Translations under genes and position numbers: made by a program
Notes under the pieces: model-generated
Seen by the model: only the letters and a program-made list of their open reading frames with translations
Told to the model about the DNA's origin: nothing
Database searches by the model: none
Virus record (IMG/VR): IMGVR_UViG_3300025018_000102
Location: 1 to 64,000 of that record
Length of the DNA: 64,000 nucleotides
Source: a virus
Strand: one strand, 5' to 3'
Part shown: positions 56,316 through 64,000 of the stretch, one piece after another
Numbering within the stretch: the first letter of the stretch is position 1
Layout of the letters: each line of letters begins with the position of its first letter

Positions 56316-56872
56316 ACGTTCTCCAGTCTTGAGGAGCCTATCAGTGCTTCGATCTCTGGGACGCTCACCGGAGTGAAGTCCCATGCATCAACGCCTACAT
56401 GCACGTACCGGCCCCGGATACGCTCTGTGCCGTGGGTGTGTCCGTGAAGGAGCCACTCGCCCTTGTGCATCAAGGGCCTCAGGTCCTTGTGGCGCTCAGC
56501 CGCGTGCTTGTACCGTGGGTCGTAGTACTCCTTGGGAGGAAAATGGCTCATGCGCACAGTGCGGCCGCAGATATGTGTCACCGCTTCCCTGACCACCATT
56601 GAAAATCCCATACGGGACATCGCTGCTGCTGAGCGATCGTGATTGCCAAGACAAAGAATCTTGTGTCCATGCAAACTTCCTATCAGTTCAGCCGACTTGT
56701 CTGTGGGGTGAAACGACACATCCCCGAGCCAATACACCACGTCTTCGGGTTTCACCACAGCATTGTATCGCCGGACAAGCTCGGCATCCATCTCCTCCAC
56801 AGACTCAAAAGGCCTGTGTGTGACCACGAGTTTATGTCCAAAGTGAGGATCGCTGTAGTAGAAGTGGGCCAC
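56312..56872 (-). CDS. calcineurin-like phosphoesterase (phage type)
   Basis: SDPHFGH, YWLGD, GNHD, SHFP, HGHTH, VGVD. Confidence 0.9.
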   Translation of the reverse strand: MAHFYYSDPHFGHKLVVTHRPFESVEEMDAELVRRYNAVVKPEDVVYWLGDVSFHPTDKSAELIGSLHGHKILCLGNHDRSAAAMSRMGFSMVVREAVTHICGRTVRMSHFPPKEYYDPRYKHAAERHKDLRPLMHKGEWLLHGHTHGTERIRGRYVHVGVDAWDFTPVSVPEIEALIGSSRLENV

Positions 56873-57057
56873 GCTATTTTTTAGGTGGTGAGAATGCCGC
56901 TCGGAATCGGGCGGGGGCGAGGTCGGCGTCTGCTGCTGCAGACTTATCTAATGTATCAAACGACTGCAAAAACGTGTCTTTCCATAGTCGACGCTCGTCA
57001 AGAGCGAAAGTGGACTCAAGTTCAAGGTCGACTGAAGATGTCTGGAACATGAGAGGC

Positions 57058-57519
57058 CTAGGCTCTGCCTTGGGGCAGTTTTGGGTTGTAGATGGTCACC
57101 ATGCCCCTGAGCATGGCTTGGTAGTCTTTGTTATTACGCTCTCTGTAGTCCAGGTACTCTCGGTAGTCAAGGGGCTCAGTGTGCGTGTACTGTACGTTAG
57201 AGGTGAGCGAGTCCAACTGGCTCTGCATCACCTCAACCTGATCCCAGTAGACCTCCTCGCCGGAAAATACAATGTCTTGGTCGTACATGATGATGCGCTC
57301 TACTGGGAGCTTACCCGTGACAGAGAAGTAGATGACCTGCTCCTCTTCGGACATAGGGGGATTCTTGTCCTCTACGGACTCGAAGTACCCATCAAAGACA
57401 CCTAGCCCTAGACTGTTGATGGTCCAGGCTTTGGTCTCTTTGTCTTGCGACACTTCGGCAAACACAAGCACTTCGTCACCCGGTTTGATCCGGGTGCGGC
57501 GTGGAGTCACTAGGCTCAT
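57058..57519 (-). CDS. hypothetical protein
   Basis: AGGAG RBS; 153 aa. Confidence 0.7.
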   Translation of the reverse strand: MSLVTPRRTRIKPGDEVLVFAEVSQDKETKAWTINSLGLGVFDGYFESVEDKNPPMSEEEQVIYFSVTGKLPVERIIMYDQDIVFSGEEVYWDQVEVMQSQLDSLTSNVQYTHTEPLDYREYLDYRERNNKDYQAMLRGMVTIYNPKLPQGRA

Positions 57520-57551
57520 TTAATCTCCTGGTTCATCCACCAGGAATAGCG

Positions 57552-57989
57552 CTAGTTCCAGTGGCTGTCAATGGCGAGCGGGCGCTTTTTGTCCAACAGG
57601 TCAAACTTCACTTGAGCTGGAACATGCATCACAGATCCCGTCAGAATGAACGGCAGAAGGTTGCCCTCGTGCCGAGACACCAGGCGGACTCCAAAGCCCT
57701 CCAGGCACTCCTGAAGCTCCCCTAGGGCACCCTCACGGTCCTCGTAGGTGTAGGTGAACAGGCGGGCATTCTCCGGCAAGTCCCACTCGTCAAAGTGGTA
57801 CCTATTGTCCCCGTGCTCCATGAGAATCACCATCTCGTAGGTCGCACAGAGCTGCTTGACAGCTTCGATGTGCGGCTGGGAGTCGGGGAGAAGGGAAGGC
57901 GAAGAAACTAGTAAGAGCCTTGTATCCATTGGAATACTCCGGGTGTTGGTGGCTACGCGGGTTGGGCGTATTCCTAATGATATCAGCAC
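57552..57989 (-). CDS. hypothetical protein
   Basis: ORF; start may be at 57929. Confidence 0.6.
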   Translation of the reverse strand: MLISLGIRPTRVATNTRSIPMDTRLLLVSSPSLLPDSQPHIEAVKQLCATYEMVILMEHGDNRYHFDEWDLPENARLFTYTYEDREGALGELQECLEGFGVRLVSRHEGNLLPFILTGSVMHVPAQVKFDLLDKKRPLAIDSHWN

Positions 57990-58014
57990 CCTGAGTATTG
58001 CTCAACTACAAATG

Positions 58015-58263
58015 CTATTCTTTGTAAACGGCCTCACCAGGCAGCATCTTGCGGTACTGGACCCATGGGCCATGGGTCCCGGAAATTGTCGATGAATCCG
58101 TGCATCTGCTTACCCACGTGATGGTGCCTGGTGGTTTCCTCGGGATGCTTTTGGGTGCAACCCACGCCGTCTCTTGAACGCGCAACACGCGTTCGTTCGC
58201 TTGCGGGTCGTCGCCGAGCGCGGCGAGGAACAGGCAGAAGTCTTCGACCTGGTCGTCACTCAC
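58015..58263 (-). CDS. hypothetical protein
   Basis: GTGA overlap. Confidence 0.5.
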   Translation of the reverse strand: MSDDQVEDFCLFLAALGDDPQANERVLRVQETAWVAPKSIPRKPPGTITWVSRCTDSSTISGTHGPWVQYRKMLPGEAVYKE

Positions 58264-58553
58264 GGTTCGCCCGCCAGTTCGTCAAGCCATCGGACACCAT
58301 CCAAGTACACTTCATCGTATCGTGGCTCGGGCGCAGTTGTCCGCTTGTGCATTCGTCTGTCCTTCAATGTCGCCTCTGCGGCAGAGATTCGTGCCCGAGC
58401 CTCTTCGAACCGTGCTTTGCGCATCTTCTGTTGTCGACAGGCGTGGCGAAGCTCGGGGCTCATCCCATTGTCTCCATCCTTCGCCCCATCAAAACCCCGC
58501 CACATCTCCTCCGCTGTGGCTTCCTCGTCGGCGTCGTTCATTGGATCTTCCAT
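58260..58553 (-). CDS. hypothetical protein
   Basis: Coupled to primase stop. Confidence 0.55.
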   Translation of the reverse strand: MEDPMNDADEEATAEEMWRGFDGAKDGDNGMSPELRHACRQQKMRKARFEEARARISAAEATLKDRRMHKRTTAPEPRYDEVYLDGVRWLDELAGEP

Positions 58554-59623
58554 TCTTCAAAATCTGGAGAGTACACGTCGATGGTGTTCTCAAGGGCGTT
58601 CTTGATAGTATCGAAATCTCGAGTCTTCAAGATGTCTCCGGTGTCTTGGTCCTTGGGCCAGTCTTTCAGACTAGGGACGTACACCTGGTCGAACCGCATC
58701 TTGAGGTCTTCTACGGCCGAGATCATCTCAGGAAGCGCGTCCTTCTTGTCGAACCACAAAGTCACGTTGGAGATCTTCCAACTCTTGAGAAGGCGCATTT
58801 GGGCCGCAGAAATCTTCTTGGAGAACGCGGCGTAGGCGTTGAAGCCTGCGTTGCGGACGGCCACAGCGTCAATCACTCCCTCCACAATCACCACGGGCAC
58901 GCCCGGCTTAGGCGGCACGCAGGGCCATAGAGTCTTGGCCATTTCCGCATCGGGGCAATTGAGGTACTTGGGGGTGTCTGTGGCTACAATGGCCCTAGCC
59001 TGCCACCCACAAAGTTTGCGGTTATGGTAAAGGGGAATGACGAGACGATTCTTGACGTTTCCCTTGATCCGGCCTGCAGCGTTCTTGACCTCAACCCAAC
59101 GAGTGCCGAAGTGGAGATTCATGGTGAGGGCCTCGGCATGGTGGATGCCCCGAGACGTACAATAGGCCCATGCAGGCGAGGTGAAAGGCATTCGCACCAC
59201 AGGAACACAGTGCTCGGGGAGGCTTGTAATGTACCTTGGGGTGTCACTCTCTTCTACAGGATTCTCAGGGGTCTCGTCCGCTAAGGCTTCAAAGTCCTCG
59301 TCGGTGGCGGCGGTCGGGGTGTAGGCCCGCATCACCTTCAGCATGGCTACGGCCGGCGTGATGTCCTCTGTGAAAGCAATGAGATTGAAGAGGTTGTACT
59401 TCTTTCCAACTTGAAAGTCACAACGAAAACAGTTGAACTGCTGCTTCGATGGGTTGATGTAGCACTTGAACTTTCGGTCCCCGCAGTCTGGTGCGGGGCA
59501 GTTGATACGGAGTTCTTTTCCGTTAGAACCCATAGTGGTCTGGTACTGATCGTAGTGCTCAAGGATGTACCCTTCCCAGTCGAAGGCCTCGATGGCCTCC
59601 CGGATGCGCTTACGGCTGTCCAC
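58538..59623 (-). CDS. dnaG: DNA primase (zinc finger + TOPRIM)
   Basis: CPAPDC...FNCFRC, RLVIP, GWQAR, KYLN, IVEGVIDA, WFD, DTGD. Confidence 0.9.
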   Translation of the reverse strand: MDSRKRIREAIEAFDWEGYILEHYDQYQTTMGSNGKELRINCPAPDCGDRKFKCYINPSKQQFNCFRCDFQVGKKYNLFNLIAFTEDITPAVAMLKVMRAYTPTAATDEDFEALADETPENPVEESDTPRYITSLPEHCVPVVRMPFTSPAWAYCTSRGIHHAEALTMNLHFGTRWVEVKNAAGRIKGNVKNRLVIPLYHNRKLCGWQARAIVATDTPKYLNCPDAEMAKTLWPCVPPKPGVPVVIVEGVIDAVAVRNAGFNAYAAFSKKISAAQMRLLKSWKISNVTLWFDKKDALPEMISAVEDLKMRFDQVYVPSLKDWPKDQDTGDILKTRDFDTIKNALENTIDVYSPDFEEWKIQ

Positions 59624-59654
59624 TAGATCTTTACCAGGATGCGGTGTACGGGAT

Positions 59655-60029
59655 TCATGGCGTCACCGAGCCATTGCTAAGCCCCATCCATGGAGGGATG
59701 TTCTTTCCGCAACTGTTGCATACGATCTTCGTGATTGGTGCATTCATGTGGTAGTCTCCTGTGCAGGCAACCATTGAATAGAGCGCGGCTCCGTACTTGT
59801 CAACGCTTTGGAAGCGAAAAGCTGCAATGGAGGTCTGGCGATGCACCGTGAACTCGATGTACTTCTTGCAGGAAAAGCAGTAAATGCTCGAGAACGGAAT
59901 ACGCTCTAGTCCTACGAGTGTGGCGTAAACGCAGGGATGGCAAATGGATGCCCCTGTGGCGTTTGCCACTACCTCGCGCTCACTGGAGCAGAACGAACAC
60001 TTGCCTTTGGCGGCCTCTAAGTTACTCAA
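59655..60029 (-). CDS. ClpX-type C4 zinc-finger protein with second zinc ribbon
   Basis: CSFC...ASICHPCV, then CFSC...CNSCG. Confidence 0.6.
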   Translation of the reverse strand: MSNLEAAKGKCSFCSSEREVVANATGASICHPCVYATLVGLERIPFSSIYCFSCKKYIEFTVHRQTSIAAFRFQSVDKYGAALYSMVACTGDYHMNAPITKIVCNSCGKNIPPWMGLSNGSVTP

Positions 60030-61431
60030 GGACTAGCAGCTCCCCGTCCTCTGTGAGGCCGATTTCAGATGTGGTCAACTCGTCTTCTACCTTGGCCTTG
60101 AGGTCATCAGGCTTGACATAGGACTCTGGGGCCGTCAGCGGTGACGCTGGCCCCGGTTGGTAGAAGGTCATGCGTGCGTAGTCCGTGTCGATGCGGATCG
60201 TCCTTGGGGCTGGCCCGTTGCGGTTCTTAGCCACCACAATACGCATCTCTCTCGCAGCCCGCTCCTCGGCTGTACAGGCGAGGAACATGGCTACGTCCGC
60301 GGTAAACAACTTGGCTACGGCGCCAGCCACAGAAGTCTCGTCCGGCGTCTCCATGGCCAATCCGCCGCGATTGAGTTGTGTGGCTGTCCAAATGGCACAG
60401 TTGAACTCTTTGGAGAGCCCGTGAAGCGACTTGGTGATGGCGTCCAACTCGTCGTGGCTGGAGGAATACGCTCTGGGAGACTTCACCAGATCGAGGTAGT
60501 CGATGAGGATGACGTCAGGAATGAAGCCCTGAGAAGCCAGGCGACGCAGGTAGGCGCGGATGGTGTCCGGAGTGGCCCCAAGGGCTGGGTACTCCTGGAT
60601 CATCAGTCCGCCCTTGTAGCGGCTGGTCAGTGGCGCGATGGCCTTGAATACGTCCTCGTTGTAGACCTTTAGTTCGTTGATCTTGATCTGTGCCAGAAGG
60701 GCATCGTACCGCTCAGCGATCTCTTCCTTAGAAAGTTCTAGCGTTATATACAGGACTTTCTTGTTCAAAATCAAGGCGGACTTTCCCAGCCATTCAAGAA
60801 AGATCGACTTACCACGACCTGTACCGCCCACGATGAGTCCGAGTTGCTTGGCTCGCAGCCCCCCGTACAGGACGTCATCCAAGTCCGGAATGCCTGTGGG
60901 ATACCTGGACTCGTACTCGGCGTTCTCACGGTTCGCGGTGCGCTCTTCAAGTTTGGCCATGTAGTCATAGCCCATGTCCAGCATGTGGATGCCCTTGTTG
61001 GTGGCCTCCTGCATCATGTCCGCGATCTCGTCGTACCTGCCTTCCTTCTGTAACTTCCATGCCTCCACCAGGGCCGTCTTAGTTGCCTGGGCGCGGATGA
61101 ACTTACCCAGCGTGTCCTGGATGTGCTTCTCTTCCACAGGGGCTGGAGGCATGGAGATGAGGCTGTAGTACTCTAGATATTTATCTATCTCATCTTCATG
61201 GATGACTTTGATCTTAGATGCCTTTACAAGCTCCTCCTGAATGGTGACCTTGGACAGGCAGTAGTCACTGGAGCGCATGGTGTCAAAGAACCACTGCATC
61301 GCTCGGTCTGAGAAGTTCTCAGCCGCAAGAGCGCTCGTAGCGATCTCCTGGAAGTCAGGATCAGCCAGCATGTAGCTCAGGATCTTGAGCTGGTACTCAC
61401 GCGTGTGAGTGAACTGGTCCTCCTCACTCAT
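60022..61431 (-). CDS. dnaB: DnaB-like replicative helicase
   Basis: PTGIPDLD, GGTGRGKS, ITLELS, IDYLD, TATQLNR, KNRNGP. Confidence 0.92.
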   Translation of the reverse strand: MSEEDQFTHTREYQLKILSYMLADPDFQEIATSALAAENFSDRAMQWFFDTMRSSDYCLSKVTIQEELVKASKIKVIHEDEIDKYLEYYSLISMPPAPVEEKHIQDTLGKFIRAQATKTALVEAWKLQKEGRYDEIADMMQEATNKGIHMLDMGYDYMAKLEERTANRENAEYESRYPTGIPDLDDVLYGGLRAKQLGLIVGGTGRGKSIFLEWLGKSALILNKKVLYITLELSKEEIAERYDALLAQIKINELKVYNEDVFKAIAPLTSRYKGGLMIQEYPALGATPDTIRAYLRRLASQGFIPDVILIDYLDLVKSPRAYSSSHDELDAITKSLHGLSKEFNCAIWTATQLNRGGLAMETPDETSVAGAVAKLFTADVAMFLACTAEERAAREMRIVVAKNRNGPAPRTIRIDTDYARMTFYQPGPASPLTAPESYVKPDDLKAKVEDELTTSEIGLTEDGELLVLE

Positions 61432-61742
61432 TTGCTCTGAGTCTTCACTTCCACGATGTCGCACGCCATGCTGAGTACCGTCTTCTGGTCCGACTTGCGA
61501 ACAAGTCGGTAAACGCACTCGTTAGGTGTGGTGAAGTCCGATTCGATGAAGAAATCGCTCAGCGATTGCTCGCCATAAAACACGATCTCTTCTGCGCACA
61601 CCTCTCTGAATGTGGCGTGTGTGGGAGTGGTGAAAAACCACAACCAAAACCCTAGGTCATCGAAGGGCGGGGAAGTCACCTCACACCGCCATACCTTCAT
61701 GGATGAGCCTGGGGCAAGAAGTACTGTTGGAATGTTTATCAT
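61428..61742 (-). CDS. hypothetical protein
   Basis: Coupled by overlap on both sides. Confidence 0.6.
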   Translation of the reverse strand: MINIPTVLLAPGSSMKVWRCEVTSPPFDDLGFWLWFFTTPTHATFREVCAEEIVFYGEQSLSDFFIESDFTTPNECVYRLVRKSDQKTVLSMACDIVEVKTQSK

Positions 61743-62362
61743 GTGCCCATCACCTCAGCGTATGCAGGATCGATACTCGTGTATTCTTTAGGGAAAGCCA
61801 CTAGGCCGGTCTTGACGAGGCGCTCGTAGACTTCCTTACGTGTCATGCCCTGAGCTTTACACAGAGCCCTCATACGGGCGTCCGTGGACTTGAGTAGGGC
61901 GGGAAGTTCCATGTGGTACTCGGGAGCCCGCACAGCCCTGCTGGTGCCCACGTACTCCTTGGCCCGTTGAATGGCCTTGGGAGTGGCAAGGTGCTTGACC
62001 TCGGGGGCCTTTCCAAAGGCCTTGGAGAAGAAGTCAAACTGGGCCCGAAGGTACGTCTCGGCATCTTGGCCAGAGGCCACTCGAGCTTCCTCCACTCGCC
62101 GCCACAGATCGAAACTCTTCGGGCTACGGGACTTGGGAATGAGGTACTGCTTATCTCCTGTGTAGTCAGACGCCATGGATTGCCACGCAGCTCGGAGGGC
62201 TGCTTCCTGGGTCATCTCGCCGTTCAGCTCGCCACGCATGAGGGCTTTGGCCTCATCGACCACCTCACGCGCCCCTGCGTCGTGAAGGTCCATGAAGCGA
62301 GACGCCTGGAGGGTGCTCTGAATGCGCTTTTTCCGAATCTTCTCTGCAATTTCGCTCTTCAC
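61739..62362 (-). CDS. hypothetical protein
   Basis: 207-aa ORF in replication block. Confidence 0.7.
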   Translation of the reverse strand: MKSEIAEKIRKKRIQSTLQASRFMDLHDAGAREVVDEAKALMRGELNGEMTQEAALRAAWQSMASDYTGDKQYLIPKSRSPKSFDLWRRVEEARVASGQDAETYLRAQFDFFSKAFGKAPEVKHLATPKAIQRAKEYVGTSRAVRAPEYHMELPALLKSTDARMRALCKAQGMTRKEVYERLVKTGLVAFPKEYTSIDPAYAEVMGT

Positions 62363-62820
62363 CAGGTGTCCTTTATCGCCTTGTACGCCTTGGAGATCTC
62401 CGCCATCTGATCATCGGACCCTCCGAGATCTGGATGATAGAGCTTGGAAAGGCAACGGTAGGCAGCCTTGACCAACTCGGGAGGTGCGGTGCTCAGCAGG
62501 AGCAATGAGCCATAGTGGCCCTTGGCCCCCTCCCTGTCAACCTCGGTGAGGCGCTCCCTCGCAAAGGATTCCCACTCTTGTATGAGGGGGCGTATTCGCG
62601 CCACTAGGTATGGGGGTAGGGCTGAGTAGTCGACATCCAGTCCAGCCAACGCAGCCCTTCGAGCCATGCCGAGGCACTGGGAGTGGTGGAGGTAGATCCA
62701 GTCACGGTCCATGTCCCAGCCGGAGTCCTTAGGCTGGAGCCTCAGATGGGTGACTATAGCGGAGGGCACGTCGGCTCGCCTGAGCTTGAACACTTTTCCG
62801 TTGTGGGCTTCAAACTTCAT
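62359..62820 (-). CDS. J-domain (DnaJ-like) protein
   Basis: C-terminal VKAAYRCLSKLYHPDLGGS..QMAEISKAY. Confidence 0.85.
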   Translation of the reverse strand: MKFEAHNGKVFKLRRADVPSAIVTHLRLQPKDSGWDMDRDWIYLHHSQCLGMARRAALAGLDVDYSALPPYLVARIRPLIQEWESFARERLTEVDREGAKGHYGSLLLLSTAPPELVKAAYRCLSKLYHPDLGGSDDQMAEISKAYKAIKDTW

Positions 62821-63260
62821 CGCAGTAATACTTCCTCCGTGGTCCTATAGGGCCTATGCCTCGTTCCTGCAAACCCTGCAACCGATCCAGGACGCCTCAG
62901 GCCTTTTCCTCCCTGGTCCCCAGTGATCTCGGGGCCCGGATCGATGGAGAACGCACTGAACTTTCGGCATCGTCCGATCGCGTGATACGGAATCGTCGCC
63001 TGCATGGACTCAGCAGAACTTGTGCGCTGCTGGAAACCGAACGGAGTCACCTGGACGACCATGACTCCCTCTTCTGGCCTATTGACCACCACCCATGCAA
63101 CGAAGCGTGAGAGATCGCCTCCCTCGTTCTTCTGGGGAGTCAACGGAACCGTGTAGTAGGCGTTACCGGACTTGTGGCGGGCGCGCCTTAGGGAGAGGCC
63201 GAGCCTCATCCATACTTGAAGTTCATCGGCGGGGGCGAGTTGGGATACATGAATAGCCAT
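62817..63260 (-). CDS. hypothetical protein
   Basis: AGGA RBS; 147 aa. Confidence 0.7.
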   Translation of the reverse strand: MAIHVSQLAPADELQVWMRLGLSLRRARHKSGNAYYTVPLTPQKNEGGDLSRFVAWVVVNRPEEGVMVVQVTPFGFQQRTSSAESMQATIPYHAIGRCRKFSAFSIDPGPEITGDQGGKGLRRPGSVAGFAGTRHRPYRTTEEVLLR

Positions 63261-63271
63261 TTCCTATTGTA

Positions 63272-63688
63272 TCAAATATCGAAGGGCTCTATGAGGTAGA
63301 TTCCCTGGCGCGGGCCCTTTTTCTCATAGCCCCAGTGCCCGTTGAGCACGCCGTAAGCCACTTTAGAGCGAACGATGGCAGAGGAGAAGGCGTTGAACAG
63401 ACATGGATACTGAATGCCTGTCACTGTATCCTCCCAGAATATGTGGGCCGAGGCGGCGGAAGCGTAGCACTTGACGATCTCTAGTGCCCCGAAGAATGTA
63501 TCGTCTGGGTCCTTGTAGGAGTACTTCTTCTCCAGCCAATGTCGATCCTCCTCGTTGGCCCAGGTACCCTCAGGCTTCTCAATCATCACTTTCCCGTCTA
63601 GGGTAAAGGCAACTTTCCACATCCTGGGCTGTTCAGGTCTCTCCTGCATCTTCGTATCTCTTCCATTGGGCTTCCCACAACTTCGCAA
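63272..63688 (-). CDS. hypothetical protein
   Basis: ORF; start probably near 63649. Confidence 0.6.
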   Translation of the reverse strand: MRSCGKPNGRDTKMQERPEQPRMWKVAFTLDGKVMIEKPEGTWANEEDRHWLEKKYSYKDPDDTFFGALEIVKCYASAASAHIFWEDTVTGIQYPCLFNAFSSAIVRSKVAYGVLNGHWGYEKKGPRQGIYLIEPFDI

Positions 63689-64000
63689 CTAGTTCCTTGT
63701 CCGGAGATGAGTTATGAATGGGGAAGCATTTCTCTGCTTCGTAGTCCGCAAGTCTCGTAAGACTATGTTCTATTAGGAACTTATGACACATATTTGCGAA
63801 CTCTACAACAATGAGACGCTTTCCTCGAAGTCCACGGCCTAGTCTCTGCAAGGTACGGATCTTGCTCTTCTTGGATCCTGCGAGGACAAGGGCATCGATC
63901 GAGTTTATGCTGACTCCTTCATCAAGGATGGTGTTGTGGGCACATACACCAAAACCTGCGTAGAACCTCTCCACACCGGCTACAGACAGGTCGTACACTG
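63633..64000 (-). CDS. SF2 (UvsW/DEAD-like) helicase, C-terminal part, truncated by window edge
   Basis: TILDEGVSI motif V, LQRLGRGLR motif VI. Confidence 0.85.
   Translation of the reverse strand, partial: VYDLSVAGVERFYAGFGVCAHNTILDEGVSINSIDALVLAGSKKSKIRTLQRLGRGLRGKRLIVVEFANMCHKFLIEHSLTRLADYEAEKCFPIHNSSPDKELVAKLWEAQWKRYEDAGET
63933..64000 (-). mobile_element. C-terminal end of an intein in the SF2 helicase
   Basis: VYDLSV..VERFYA..VCAHN|T blocks F/G. Confidence 0.85.

Noticed and set aside
58131-58930. Long + strand ORFs opposite the primase
   Set aside because: Antisense shadow ORFs with no recognisable features.
1-64000. CRISPR array, rRNA or IS element
   Set aside because: No regularly spaced direct repeats, rRNA-like sequence or transposase motifs were seen.
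1-64000. Stop-codon reassignment
   Set aside because: Long conserved genes are uninterrupted in code 11 and all three stop codons end genes; the TGA in tRNA-Ser is the anticodon reading UCA, not a suppressor.

Overview
This is a 64 kb segment of a large, probably lytic, tailed dsDNA phage using standard genetic code 11. The host may be a myxobacterium; this is inferred only from a DAG-motif lipoprotein. The window has two convergent arms. The + arm (1-21.8 kb) holds many small early-type genes, a MoxR AAA / HerA-like ATPase / DUF2201-vWA module, rIIA-rIIB, two tRNA genes (an unusual 8/4-type tRNA-Ser(UGA) and a CAU tRNA), a HAD phosphatase and an orphan MqsA-like antitoxin. The - arm (21.9-64 kb) holds a tail-fibre/esterase cassette, a Dam methyltransferase, an intein-containing large terminase and homing endonucleases. 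It also carries a replication/recombination block: resolvase, dNMP kinase, SbcCD, RecA, SSB, UvsY-like protein, family A DNA polymerase, primase, DnaB-like helicase and an intein-containing SF2 helicase. The most striking element is at about 54.0-55.3 kb on the - strand. There, an uncharacterised 245-aa gene with its own promoter is followed by a roughly 440-nt structured non-coding region containing two tandem circularly permuted tRNA-like modules. Each module reads T-arm, acceptor 3' strand, NCC, hairpin, acceptor 5' strand, D-arm. This is a candidate undescribed RNA-protein system. All protein calls come from recognising motifs by eye; no database searches were run.
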